NCBI GenBank assembly: GCA_964496425.1
Contig: CAZBZO010000003.1
Coordinates: 55,728-119,727, forward strand
DNA length: 64,000 bases
Source of the DNA: an uncultured Candidatus Saccharibacteria bacterium
GTDB taxonomy: Bacteria > Patescibacteriota > Minisyncoccia > Phycocordibacterales > UBA9973
Direction of reading: 5' to 3'
In this document: positions 8,900-18,184 of the stretch, piece by piece
How positions within the stretch are numbered: position 1 is the first letter of the stretch
Layout of the letters: every line of letters begins with the position of its first letter
Notes under the pieces: model-generated
What the model was told of the DNA's origin: nothing
What the model saw: only the letters and a program-made list of their open reading frames with translations
Databases searched by the model: none
Program-made: the position numbers and the translations under genes

Positions 8900-8924
8900 A
8901 TCGACTAAATTATTAGCAGATTTG

Positions 8925-9026
8925 CTAATAACCGATGTAGTCGAATTTACCAAATTGTTCCCAATACCAATCAGGTTTTGGAGGCAGTTCCACTTTTTCG
9001 GGTGGATTTTTTTTCTTTTTTTTCAC
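8925..9026 (-). CDS. Possible 33-aa small protein
   Basis: GTG start, MKKKKKNPPEKVELPPKPDWYWEQFGKFDYIGY*, fills intergenic gap and ends before a terminator. Confidence 0.35.
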   Translation of the reverse strand: MKKKKKNPPEKVELPPKPDWYWEQFGKFDYIGY

Positions 9027-9098
9027 AGATTTATTTTTTTATACAATACCATAAAAATAGAAAATAATCAACAGCCTGCAATTCTTACTCTTAAAGTC

Positions 9099-9521
9099 TT
9101 ATTTTCTTCCTGTGGAGCCAAATTGGCCCATACCGCGCGAAGAATCCGAAAGCTCGTCTACCTCTTCGAGCTCCACGATTTCTACTGGCATAATAAGAAG
9201 CTGAGCGACTTTGTCGCCTTTCTCCACCGCATAGGGCTGGTCTCCAAGATTCACCAGGTGCACATTGTATTCACCACGAAAGCCGGCATCAAAGGTACCA
9301 CCCATAGTGTGGAGTCCTGCTTTGGAAATACTACTTTTGTCTTTTACAAGCGCTGCATAACCTTCTGGAAATTCAAGCGCAAAGCCGCTCATAAAACGAT
9401 GGTGCTCGCCTGGCGGGATCACCACGTCTTCCATGGCGTACATATCGAGACCCACATCCCCTGGATGGGCGTAGCTCGGCATTTTCGTTTCAGAATATAA
9501 TTTTTTAATTTTGATTTTCAT
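9099..9521 (-). CDS. dut: dUTP diphosphatase (trimeric)
   Basis: GDVGLD, KSS, GTFDAGFRGE, GDKVAQL, RGMGQFGSTG. Confidence 0.95.
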   Translation of the reverse strand: MKIKIKKLYSETKMPSYAHPGDVGLDMYAMEDVVIPPGEHHRFMSGFALEFPEGYAALVKDKSSISKAGLHTMGGTFDAGFRGEYNVHLVNLGDQPYAVEKGDKVAQLLIMPVEIVELEEVDELSDSSRGMGQFGSTGRK

Positions 9522-10005
9522 TGTTTAAAAAATAATTTGAATACATTCCAAAGTTTTTTAGAAATATGCTTGGATCTTTTTGATAAGCACTCAATAATTC
9601 TTCTGTGGTAAACCACCGTACTTCTTCGACTTCTTTCTTCTCGATTACAAGTAACGTATTCTTTGGTATCACGAGAGTAAACCATTGTACAAAATATTCG
9701 TGGGTAGTGGAACGACGCATCTTAGGCCCAAGTTTTGGTTTAATATTTTTTAACCCAATTTCTTCTTCTGCTTCTTTGATGATATTTGATTCATATGTTT
9801 CTCCTTCTTCGACTGTGCCTGCTACCGCTGGCCCCCACAGTCCAGGAAGTTTTCGTTTCAGATATGATCTTTGTGCAAGCAATATTTTGCCGGACGAATC
9901 AGTAATCCATAGGCCAGTCACACGCGTGATCTCTTTTTCGCCTCGTAGATCACGATCTTTATACTCTATGATTTCATCTTGTTCATTAACGATTGGAATT
10001 TTCAT
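9505..10005 (-). CDS. NUDIX hydrolase (IDI-like subfamily)
   Basis: LLAQRS..K...PGLW..AVAGTVEEGETYE....KEAEEEIGL Nudix box. Confidence 0.85.
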   Translation of the reverse strand: MKIPIVNEQDEIIEYKDRDLRGEKEITRVTGLWITDSSGKILLAQRSYLKRKLPGLWGPAVAGTVEEGETYESNIIKEAEEEIGLKNIKPKLGPKMRRSTTHEYFVQWFTLVIPKNTLLVIEKKEVEEVRWFTTEELLSAYQKDPSIFLKNFGMYSNYFLNNENQN

Positions 10006-10703
10006 TTGAATATCTTCTTTACTTTCTCGTAAATTTCTTCATGTATATCGTCTATCATGCGAAGTGCATTGTTGGGTGTACAGTCGATTTGAATATAATT
10101 CTTTTGTGTTTTCGAAAGCCAAAGCGCACTCTTACGAGAATTTTCCATATACGCAACATTGCCTTCCACAATATCTTTTTTCTTGCCAAGGTACGCCCGC
10201 TTGGTCTTTTTGTTGCGCTCTTTAATGAGATTTTTTATAAAGCTCATGGAAAGATTGAGGTAGAACACAGCTGCCGGACGCGGAATTTTGAATACTTCAT
10301 ATTCCATCTGATCGAGCCAGCGGATAAATTCTTGACGTTTCTTAGGGTTTCGGATTTTGCCGCCTTGATGGATTTGGTTCGCACTGGCATAACGATTGGC
10401 AAGTACGATATAGCCTTTTTTAAGCCATCCATTGATCTCTTCTTTGGATTCCCATCGATCAGCTGCATAGGCAAGCGAGGCGATTTTTGGATGAATCGTG
10501 ACCCAATTGTAGTAGCTTTCTGAAAGACACTCTCCGATGAATTTGCCAAAGAAGTTTTTGTAGTACTCGGGAAAGTCCACCACTTTCACTTTTTTGCCTT
10601 CTTTTAGGAGTCGCTTCCGCAAGAGCTCTACTTGAGTCGCCTTCCCGGAGCCATCCGTACCGTCTATGACAATGAGTTTGCCGCTTTTCATGCCCTTCAT
10701 CAT
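10002..10703 (-). CDS. tmk: Thymidylate kinase
   Basis: IDGTDGSGKATQ P-loop, FPEY, YAADR, NRY..AN..HQG. Confidence 0.9.
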   Translation of the reverse strand: MMKGMKSGKLIVIDGTDGSGKATQVELLRKRLLKEGKKVKVVDFPEYYKNFFGKFIGECLSESYYNWVTIHPKIASLAYAADRWESKEEINGWLKKGYIVLANRYASANQIHQGGKIRNPKKRQEFIRWLDQMEYEVFKIPRPAAVFYLNLSMSFIKNLIKERNKKTKRAYLGKKKDIVEGNVAYMENSRKSALWLSKTQKNYIQIDCTPNNALRMIDDIHEEIYEKVKKIFK

Positions 10704-11488
10704 AGCATACCGGTCTTTTCTCGAAGTTGCTTAAAATGTTTGAGGTAGGCGACGATTATGAAGCTGATGATGACCATGAGAAACCAGGAGCTAATCTTGT
10801 TGGCTGAAACTACATTCCACACATGGACTTGGTCCGGGTACTGCCAAGCTCCGAGAAATGTTGAAATGTTCTCTGCGATCCAGATAAAAAAAGCAATGAG
10901 AAGAAAAGAGATTCCGAGCGGCATACGGCGACGCTTCGTGGTGACAGTGAAGTAGACCTTTGTTTTCCAAAAAAATATAAATACGAGCGGAATAAGGAAA
11001 AGCCGAATATCAGGTAAGAAATGATTGGTAAAAAAGTTGAGGTAGATAAGTATTCCAAGTACAAAGCAACCGGTGTACGAATAGAGATGAGAGAGCTCAA
11101 GCTTGAAAATTTTCCAGGCTGCGACTATATAGCTTCCGATAGCTGCGTACATAAACCCGCTATAGAGTGGCACGGTCCAGATTTTGAAAAAAGCGTCTTC
11201 CGGATAGCTCCATGAACCGACAAAAGCGCTGGTCTTGTAGATCTCGAGCATGAGACCGATAATATGAAAAAGAAAAATAGTTTTGAGCTCATCTTTGGTT
11301 TCTAGTTTGAAGACATAGAGTAATACCTGGACGAGCACGCTGGCAAGAAAGAGAAAATCATAGCGCGCGAGCCCAAGCGTCGTAATGTATTGTGAGGTAA
11401 AGAGAAGCAGAAAAAATACTCCAGCAAAGAGCGCAGCTTGTGCCTGCTTTAAACCAAAAATGAGAAACTCTTTAGCGAAATTCTTCAT
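10700..11488 (-). CDS. DUF817-family membrane protein
   Basis: FGLKQA, RYDFL, GSWSYP, PLYSGFMYAAIGSY, FIWIAENISTF.GAW.YP. Confidence 0.85.
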   Translation of the reverse strand: MKNFAKEFLIFGLKQAQAALFAGVFFLLLFTSQYITTLGLARYDFLFLASVLVQVLLYVFKLETKDELKTIFLFHIIGLMLEIYKTSAFVGSWSYPEDAFFKIWTVPLYSGFMYAAIGSYIVAAWKIFKLELSHLYSYTGCFVLGILIYLNFFTNHFLPDIRLFLIPLVFIFFWKTKVYFTVTTKRRRMPLGISFLLIAFFIWIAENISTFLGAWQYPDQVHVWNVVSANKISSWFLMVIISFIIVAYLKHFKQLREKTGML

Positions 11489-11913
11489 TGAGATTCAATA
11501 TCAAAATAATTTCTTCCAGTTTTAAGTGCCTCAAAATATGAAGGGATGGTTGAAAAAAGAGGAGTTGGTAATTGCTCAGGATCATACCAATCCCAACCTT
11601 CACATTTTTCTGGCTCTCGTACTTCCGGCTCACCACTTTTCCAATCTGCCACCATGGCAATATCAACATAATGCTTACCGTAATTTGTCATATTCAACAA
11701 CCGTAGAAATTTAATATTTGTGACCTCAATTCCAGTTTCTTCTTTTACTTCCCGGCATACACACTCGCTGATTGATTCCATAAATTCCAAATGTCCTCCT
11801 GGCCATGCATACTCGCCTTCTCCATGAGAACTTTTACGCTTCCCCATTAACACCTTCCCATCCTTAAAAATCATCACCCCTACCCCTACTTTTGGCCGTT
11901 GTTCGTCTGTCAT
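11485..11913 (-). CDS. NUDIX hydrolase (NUDT15/MTH2-like)
   Basis: RPKVGVGV, PGGHLEF.ES...C..REVKEETG, EPEKCEGW.W. Confidence 0.85.
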   Translation of the reverse strand: MTDEQRPKVGVGVMIFKDGKVLMGKRKSSHGEGEYAWPGGHLEFMESISECVCREVKEETGIEVTNIKFLRLLNMTNYGKHYVDIAMVADWKSGEPEVREPEKCEGWDWYDPEQLPTPLFSTIPSYFEALKTGRNYFDIESQ

Positions 11914-11916
11914 AAA

Positions 11917-12462
11917 TTAATTAGGTTTAATCTTTTGAATTAATCCTTCTTCAAGCAAACGAACCGCCGCCGGTGGTACATATTCTTTCCATTTATTGTT
12001 CCCCAAGACAATCATGCTGCGGATTTCGCTACCGCTAATTATTTTCTTTACTTCTCGTGATCTCACATCAAGACCAAGCTTTGCTAAAACTTTTTCTTTC
12101 TTTTTTCCCCATTCATCATATATATCGATAAAATAAATTGCGTCCGGAGGAGCATAATATTTTATCTTCTCTGGAAAATTAATCGGGAAAGGCACAATTT
12201 CAAATCTATCTCTGGAAATTCCTATATCAATCAAGGTGTCGCGAATCATCTCCAAGCGTTCCCAGTAAGAAAAAGGATTATTGATCTCTTCGGAACGATG
12301 AGGATTGGCATCATCAAAGCGGGTAAGGTCAGGATCTGGATTACATATACCGATTATAACTTTTTCGCATTCTTCAAATGCATGTAAAATCAAATCGTCC
12401 ACGTGGCCGTTATGAAGTATCTGAAATCGCCCATGCACTACCCCTATTTTTTCTTTTTTCAT
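11917..12462 (-). CDS. NMN/nicotinate-nucleotide adenylyltransferase-like (HxGH nucleotidyltransferase)
   Basis: HGRFQILHNGH, NPFSYWER, ISGSEIR, WKEYVP; start at MKKEK. Confidence 0.8.
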   Translation of the reverse strand: MKKEKIGVVHGRFQILHNGHVDDLILHAFEECEKVIIGICNPDPDLTRFDDANPHRSEEINNPFSYWERLEMIRDTLIDIGISRDRFEIVPFPINFPEKIKYYAPPDAIYFIDIYDEWGKKKEKVLAKLGLDVRSREVKKIISGSEIRSMIVLGNNKWKEYVPPAAVRLLEEGLIQKIKPN

Positions 12463-12463
12463 A

Positions 12464-12874
12464 CTAAAATTTATGGATGCTAATAAATTCCTCAAGAATT
12501 CGAGGTACGTCTTCAATGGTTTGATATTCACGCACGGTCACATGTGGACTCCCTGCAATCATGTTTGAGAGTTTGCGATCAGAGCCTGAACGGTAAAGAC
12601 ATAGTATGGGAATCTTGAGATGCTCTGCAGAAGCGATCTCATACCCAACCCCGAGACTTGGCGTCGTCACTTCAGCAATGAGTATATCAGTGGATTTGAG
12701 TTCTTCTCTATCTCTTTCATAGCTTTCTTGATCAGACATTATCTTGGTCTCTTCGCGAGGTCGGAGATGAAAAGAAATCACTTCACCATATTTTTGAATT
12801 TCACGAATGATCTCTTGGTAAAGCTCCTTATCATCACTTCCTCCTCGCACTGATCCAGAAAAATAGATTTTCAT
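12464..12874 (-). CDS. Nucleoside 2-deoxyribosyltransferase / DNPH1(Rcl)-like dNMP N-glycosidase
   Basis: KIYFSGSVRGG, ERD, IAEVTTPSLGVGYEI, LSNMIAG. Confidence 0.85.
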   Translation of the reverse strand: MKIYFSGSVRGGSDDKELYQEIIREIQKYGEVISFHLRPREETKIMSDQESYERDREELKSTDILIAEVTTPSLGVGYEIASAEHLKIPILCLYRSGSDRKLSNMIAGSPHVTVREYQTIEDVPRILEEFISIHKF

Positions 12875-12876
12875 GG

Positions 12877-13527
12877 TTATGCGGTCGGCCGTTTAATGAT
12901 TAATTCTTCTTCCGGATTTTCTCGCTCGAGATTGTTTACAATTTTTTGAGCTACAAAATCAGAATCCATATACTCTTCAAAATTCGCTGGCTTATTTTCA
13001 CCATACAAATCCGTACGCGTACCTCCAGGATATACAGAAAAAATATTAACACCAGATCCTTCGTTCTCGGCTTTTAAGGCTTGTACATAGCCACGAATCG
13101 CCCATTTGCTGGCTGCATAAATCTTTGCATTCTTAGCACGAGTGGCATCAAGTGCCGCGCTTGAGAGAATATTTACTACTACACCACTATTGTTCGTTTT
13201 CATATATCCGAGCGCTGTTCGACAGCCAAATATAGTACCAAAAAGATTCGTGTCAATAATTTCATGCACTTTAATCATATCAATCAATGCTTCTTCAGGA
13301 GAAAATGTGTGGAACACGCCAGCATTGTTAATCCACACATCAATGCGGCCAAATTCTGCCACAGTTCTTTTTGCCAACGCTTGTACTTCCGTTTCCTTGC
13401 GCACATCGGTATCACTGCGGTCTGAAGCCACGACCTGTGCGCCTTTGTTTGTAAATAAAACAGCTAAGGATTTTCCTATCCCTTTTGACGCTCCAGTAAT
13501 AACAATGACTTTATCTTTGAGGATCAT
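12877..13527 (-). CDS. Short-chain dehydrogenase/reductase
   Basis: TGASKGIG, NNAG, YAASK. Confidence 0.9.
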   Translation of the reverse strand: MILKDKVIVITGASKGIGKSLAVLFTNKGAQVVASDRSDTDVRKETEVQALAKRTVAEFGRIDVWINNAGVFHTFSPEEALIDMIKVHEIIDTNLFGTIFGCRTALGYMKTNNSGVVVNILSSAALDATRAKNAKIYAASKWAIRGYVQALKAENEGSGVNIFSVYPGGTRTDLYGENKPANFEEYMDSDFVAQKIVNNLERENPEEELIIKRPTA

Positions 13528-13530
13528 TTT

Positions 13531-13974
13531 TTATTTTGAATGAGTGCTTTCACTAGCAAGTTTTTCCAGAAGTTTATCTCTAAATTTCATAACCATCATC
13601 TCTTGAGTAATAACTGAAGGATCTGAAGAATCAGTGAGCTCGTTGCCATAGTGTTCATGCATAAGCCAAGTACGAATGTATTTCTCATCTCTTTCATCTG
13701 GCATCGCTTCTGCAATCGCAATAAGTTTCTTCACAAAATTATTTTGCCGCATCGCGCGAAGTTTATCTAAATTCTTTTCAAGGCCTGCTGCAGTATCGAT
13801 TTTCAAAAGTGGTTTATCTTCAAAACCCTTTTGTACCATCTTTTGTTGGGTAATACCTTTTGTAAGCGGAACACCATTAAGGACAATAATAGGCTCCCCT
13901 TTTCTAATGATGTAAGTATCACGGGGTTTTTCGGAACTCCCAAAGTTATTCATATTTTCACTAAATCGAATCAT
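13531..13974 (-). CDS. Hypothetical protein
   Basis: 147-aa ORF tightly packed between glyA and the SDR; no recognised motif. Confidence 0.6.
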   Translation of the reverse strand: MIRFSENMNNFGSSEKPRDTYIIRKGEPIIVLNGVPLTKGITQQKMVQKGFEDKPLLKIDTAAGLEKNLDKLRAMRQNNFVKKLIAIAEAMPDERDEKYIRTWLMHEHYGNELTDSSDPSVITQEMMVMKFRDKLLEKLASESTHSK

Positions 13975-13979
13975 ATCTT

Positions 13980-15236
13980 TTACACAAACTTCTCCGGTAT
14001 CGGATGACTTTCCGCCAGCGCTTTGATTTCAGCGCGAATGCGGTCTTTTACTCCGCTATCATCTTTATTACGCAAAGTTTCGATCAAGAGCTCCGCCACG
14101 CGAGCACAATCTGCTTCCATAAATCCTCGTGTGGTAATAGCTGGCGTGCCGAAGCGAATACCTGACGGATCAAGTGGCTTACGAGTGTCACCCGCAATAG
14201 AGTTCATATTGAGCGTAATGCCGACTTCATCGAGCACCGTCTGGGCTTCTTTGCCGGTCACACCGAGCGAGCCGAAAACATCAGCCAAGATCAAGTGATT
14301 GTCCGTGCCGCCGCCGATCATGCGCACGCCTTCTCGCTTGAGGACTTCTTCCATAGCTTTAGCGTTTTTGAGTATTTGCTTGGTATACGCTTGGTACGCT
14401 GGAGTCATAGCTTCACCAAAGGCCACGGCTTTAGCGGCAATGGTATGCATGTGCGGACCGCCTTGAATACCAGGAAAAATGGATTTGTCGATCTTCTTGG
14501 CAAGCTCTTCACTCTCACGGGTGAGTATCATGCCCCCACGTGGACCACGAAGTGTTTTGTGGGTCGTCGTGGTGATGATATCAAAACCATAATCAAATGG
14601 ATTCTCCAGTGCCTTACCTGCAATGAGTCCAGCGATATGCGCCATATCAGCCATGGTGATCGCCCCGACTTCGCGAGCAATCTCCACAAACTTTTTATAA
14701 TCGAGCGTGCGTGAGTACGCAGAAAATCCAGCGAGAATTATTTTTGGCTTCTTCTCGATAGCGACTTGTCGGAGGGCCTCGTAGTCAATCTCCCCTGTTT
14801 CCGGATCTTTCATTTTGTAAGTCACGAAGTTGTAAATCTTCGCCGGCAAAGTCATTGGATGACCATGGGTAAGGTGCCCACCATGAGAGAGATCCATACC
14901 AAGCACGGTATCGCCAGGAGAAAGAAGTGCGGCGTAGACTGCCAAGTTGGCCGGGGCACCGGAGTGCGGCTGGACATTGGCGTAGGCGCAATTAAAAAGT
15001 TTTTTCGCTCGCTCGATAGCAAGTGTCTCCACGATGTCAGTAAAATCCTGTCCGCCATAATAGCGCCGCCCTGGATACCCTTCGGAATATTTGTTGGTAA
15101 ACACCGAGCCGTTGGCTTCAAGGACGGCGCGCGATACGTAGTTTTCAGATGGAATGAGCTCAAGCCCTTCCCGCTCGCGCTTCTCTTCGCCTTCGATAGC
15201 CGCTAATACTTCAGGATCTTGTTGTAAATAATGCAT
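13980..15236 (-). CDS. glyA: Serine hydroxymethyltransferase
   Basis: LIPSENY, NKYSEGYPGRRYYGG, GGHLTHG, TTTTHKTLRGPRGG. Confidence 0.97.
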   Translation of the reverse strand: MHYLQQDPEVLAAIEGEEKREREGLELIPSENYVSRAVLEANGSVFTNKYSEGYPGRRYYGGQDFTDIVETLAIERAKKLFNCAYANVQPHSGAPANLAVYAALLSPGDTVLGMDLSHGGHLTHGHPMTLPAKIYNFVTYKMKDPETGEIDYEALRQVAIEKKPKIILAGFSAYSRTLDYKKFVEIAREVGAITMADMAHIAGLIAGKALENPFDYGFDIITTTTHKTLRGPRGGMILTRESEELAKKIDKSIFPGIQGGPHMHTIAAKAVAFGEAMTPAYQAYTKQILKNAKAMEEVLKREGVRMIGGGTDNHLILADVFGSLGVTGKEAQTVLDEVGITLNMNSIAGDTRKPLDPSGIRFGTPAITTRGFMEADCARVAELLIETLRNKDDSGVKDRIRAEIKALAESHPIPEKFV

Positions 15237-15255
15237 GGAATATAAAAATTAATTA

Positions 15256-15765
15256 TTAATCAAACTGATGCCCAACAATATTCTGTGGATCTTTAATATT
15301 GAAAAGTTTCTCGCTATTTTTAAGTAAAGTAGCGTCTGAGATACCTGCTTTCAACATTTTATCCCAACATGGCTTGCAACACCACCAATGTCCCCATAAA
15401 TACAGCCGAGCTCCTCGCATATCAGCTTTATGCTTTTCTCCATCACGCACGGCGCGAAACTCTCCATGGTTTTTATGAGATGCACAGCCAGGGCAAAGAA
15501 AATAAAGTTTTCCAGATGGAACACCGAACAATCGTCGTATGCAATATTTTTTATGAAGTGCGACGAGCCTTGGATCTCGAAGTGCTGATTGATTGGCTCC
15601 TTTGGCGACAACTTTCCCGTCTTTAACGATGATCGCCCCCGTGGAGATGCTTGCATCAGTCGAATACCTCCGCGCTTCTTCTTTGGCTTCTGCCATATAA
15701 GGATCAGAGATTTCCACATAGGCAATTTTTCCACTTTGTGGCATATAGGGATATTGGATTTCCAT
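15256..15765 (-). CDS. dCMP deaminase-like zinc deaminase
   Basis: GAIIVKDG, HGE and CCKPC zinc/catalytic motifs; extra C..CPGC..H cluster. Confidence 0.8.
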   Translation of the reverse strand: MEIQYPYMPQSGKIAYVEISDPYMAEAKEEARRYSTDASISTGAIIVKDGKVVAKGANQSALRDPRLVALHKKYCIRRLFGVPSGKLYFLCPGCASHKNHGEFRAVRDGEKHKADMRGARLYLWGHWWCCKPCWDKMLKAGISDATLLKNSEKLFNIKDPQNIVGHQFD

Positions 15766-15804
15766 ATGTAGCTATACTAACAGCTTTTATAGTAGAATGA
15801 AAAC

Positions 15805-16656
15805 ATGACAAAGTTCGACCAGCTCTACCAGGATCTTCTGAGAAATATTATGGAAACTGGTATTGCAGAGCACAACGAACGCACGGGCCATGAGACCAAA
15901 GCTTTGCCGGGAGTCTCGTTTTCGACCGATATTGAGCGTGACGGTCTCCCTATTCTTACGCTTCGCAAAATCCCCGTCAAAAGTTTCATCGCTGAACAAA
16001 TCTGGTTTATATCTGGTGCCAAACGTCCAGATGAATTTTTAAATAAACACACTCAAATCTGGAACGACTTTATGGAAACTGATGGCACGATTGCGGCCGC
16101 ATACGGCTATCGGTGGCGACACCATTTCGGACGCGATCAACTCGGACAACTCATCGCTCACTTAAAAGCTGAGCCACATTCCCGCCAAGGCGTCATCATC
16201 ACCTGGGATCCAGCCGACGACGGACTCTATGGGGATGGGCTTACCGCCACATACAAAAAAAATGCACCGTGTCCGTTTGCATTTACCGTCAATATTATCG
16301 GCGGACGACTTCACATGATGAATATCGTGAGATCAAATGATGCCATACTCGGTCTGCCTTTTGATGTCGCTGGATTTTCAATCCTGCAATGTATTCTTGC
16401 TCAAAAGCTCGGCGTGACGCCAGGTATCTATACCCACGTCATTGCCAACGCGCATGTCTATGACAATCACTATGAAGCGGCGAAGGAAATCGTTGCACGA
16501 GACCATGATCATACGCCAATCATATTGCACTTGCCAGAACATTCATTTGAACGCGCAGAAAAAAAAGATGATGCGCTCCTTGAAGAAATACAAAATGATA
16601 TCGCCTCGCAATATCAACCACTTGAATCAATTAAAGGACTGAAGATAGTACTGTAA
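15805..16656 (+). CDS. thyA: Thymidylate synthase ThyA-family enzyme with dCMP-type active site (Cys156, Pro157, Asp187)
   Basis: NERTG, AEQIWF, YGYRWR, DQL, PC, RSND..LGLPFD, AHVYDNH. Confidence 0.9.
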   Translation: MTKFDQLYQDLLRNIMETGIAEHNERTGHETKALPGVSFSTDIERDGLPILTLRKIPVKSFIAEQIWFISGAKRPDEFLNKHTQIWNDFMETDGTIAAAYGYRWRHHFGRDQLGQLIAHLKAEPHSRQGVIITWDPADDGLYGDGLTATYKKNAPCPFAFTVNIIGGRLHMMNIVRSNDAILGLPFDVAGFSILQCILAQKLGVTPGIYTHVIANAHVYDNHYEAAKEIVARDHDHTPIILHLPEHSFERAEKKDDALLEEIQNDIASQYQPLESIKGLKIVL

Positions 16657-16668
16657 GTACATTCTTAT

Positions 16669-17079
16669 ATGAATACTCGCCACGTCGTTGTGGGTCTCGT
16701 CACCCACAAAAAGAAGGTATTGATATTGAAACGATCTGAAAATGATCCGACATACCCTGATATGTGGGAATTTATTTCCTGGGTCTCCAGAGAAAAAGCC
16801 ACACCGAAAATAGATGCGGTAAAACGGCACATCTGCCATGCCACAGGACTTTCTTTATCGGAGCCATATGCAGGGAAAAAATTTCGGGTAGCAAGCGTGC
16901 ACAGCACGTTGTATATGCACCCGTTTATTTTTCAGGCCGATAGTGATGAGGTCACGCTACTGCCAGAAAAACACGAGAGTTATAGATGGGTGCGGCCGCA
17001 AGATATAGGTAAATATGCCTTAGTGCAAGATTTGGACAACTGCCTCAAACTTCTTAGTATTTTGCTTGAACACTGGTAA
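16669..17079 (+). CDS. NUDIX-fold protein with degenerate Nudix box
   Basis: VLILKRS....YP..WE and HESYRWV flanks, but box reads SWVSREKATPKIDAVKRHICHATGL. Confidence 0.65.
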   Translation: MNTRHVVVGLVTHKKKVLILKRSENDPTYPDMWEFISWVSREKATPKIDAVKRHICHATGLSLSEPYAGKKFRVASVHSTLYMHPFIFQADSDEVTLLPEKHESYRWVRPQDIGKYALVQDLDNCLKLLSILLEHW

Positions 17080-17088
17080 ACTAGAGGT

Positions 17089-17607
17089 ATGATACTTTCT
17101 TTTATTGCCGCTATCGGCAAAAACCACGAGCTCGGCTTCGGCAATCAGTTGCCGTGGCATTTGCCGGACGATCTGAAGCGTTTCAAAGACATCACCCGCG
17201 GACACACAGTGCTGATGGGCCGAAAAACGTATGATTCCATCGGGCGACCACTCCCCGACCGACGTAACATAATCATCACTCGGGATACGACCTTTGTGGC
17301 GCCGGGTATTGAAGTCGCACATTCACTTGATGAAGCACTCCGCCTCGCCTCGCTTGATAATGGAAAACGATTTGAAGAGGTACCAGAAGAGCCTGAAGTA
17401 TTTGTGATCGGCGGAGGACAAGTCTTCACCGAGGCTCTCCCTCGCGCCCAAAAAATGTATCTCTCTCATGTCGAGACTGCTCTCCCCGCTGATTCTTTTT
17501 TCCCAAAATTTGATCTAGGGGAGTGGAAAATCCTAAGCGAAGAATTTCATCCAAAAGACGAAAAACATCTCTACGATTTTACCTTTAAACAATATGAACG
17601 AAAATAA
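17089..17607 (+). CDS. folA: Dihydrofolate reductase
   Basis: LPWHLPDDLKRFK, MGRKTYDSIGRPLPDRRN, VIGGG, DSFFP. Confidence 0.95.
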   Translation: MILSFIAAIGKNHELGFGNQLPWHLPDDLKRFKDITRGHTVLMGRKTYDSIGRPLPDRRNIIITRDTTFVAPGIEVAHSLDEALRLASLDNGKRFEEVPEEPEVFVIGGGQVFTEALPRAQKMYLSHVETALPADSFFPKFDLGEWKILSEEFHPKDEKHLYDFTFKQYERK

Positions 17608-17610
17608 CTA

Positions 17611-18180
17611 TCAGAGTAGAGCGTTTGGGAAATCTGATTGAAACTGAGATGCTGTGGTAAATAAGAGTGCACGCATACCAAGTCCAGCTGCAGCAGCAAT
17701 ATTTGCCGGGTTGTCATCCGTAAAAAGAATTTCATTTGCCATAAAGCCAGTTTTCTCAATAAAATATTTAAAAAAGTTTGGATCAGGCTTGATCATGTGG
17801 ACATCTCCTGAGATAGCAGTAGTATCAAAGAGAGCGAGTTTCTCTTTTAAAACATTTTCAATTAAACTTCGAGGGGCATTCGTGAGCAGGCCAATCTGGT
17901 ATTTCTTTTTTAATTCTAAAATAAACGTTAACAATTCTTCGTTTAAAATAGCATACTCATACGAACGCTGCTTGAGTTCACTAGAATCTTGATTAACTTC
18001 TGCCGCGAGTCTGCCGACAAATGCATCCTCCGAAACATCTCCAATATCGAGATCATGCACAACAATTTTCATCCATTCATTATATTTATTTTCGTCTCCG
18101 GAAAATACATCGCGCAAAAAGCCACCATACATTGGTGGACACAACACCCCAAAGAAATCGAATGCAATCATTTTAACCAT
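17611..18180 (-). CDS. HAD-superfamily phosphatase
   Basis: FDFFGV motif I, LLTN, KPDP, FTDD. Confidence 0.85.
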   Translation of the reverse strand: MVKMIAFDFFGVLCPPMYGGFLRDVFSGDENKYNEWMKIVVHDLDIGDVSEDAFVGRLAAEVNQDSSELKQRSYEYAILNEELLTFILELKKKYQIGLLTNAPRSLIENVLKEKLALFDTTAISGDVHMIKPDPNFFKYFIEKTGFMANEILFTDDNPANIAAAAGLGMRALLFTTASQFQSDFPNALL

Positions 18181-18184
18181 AGTG

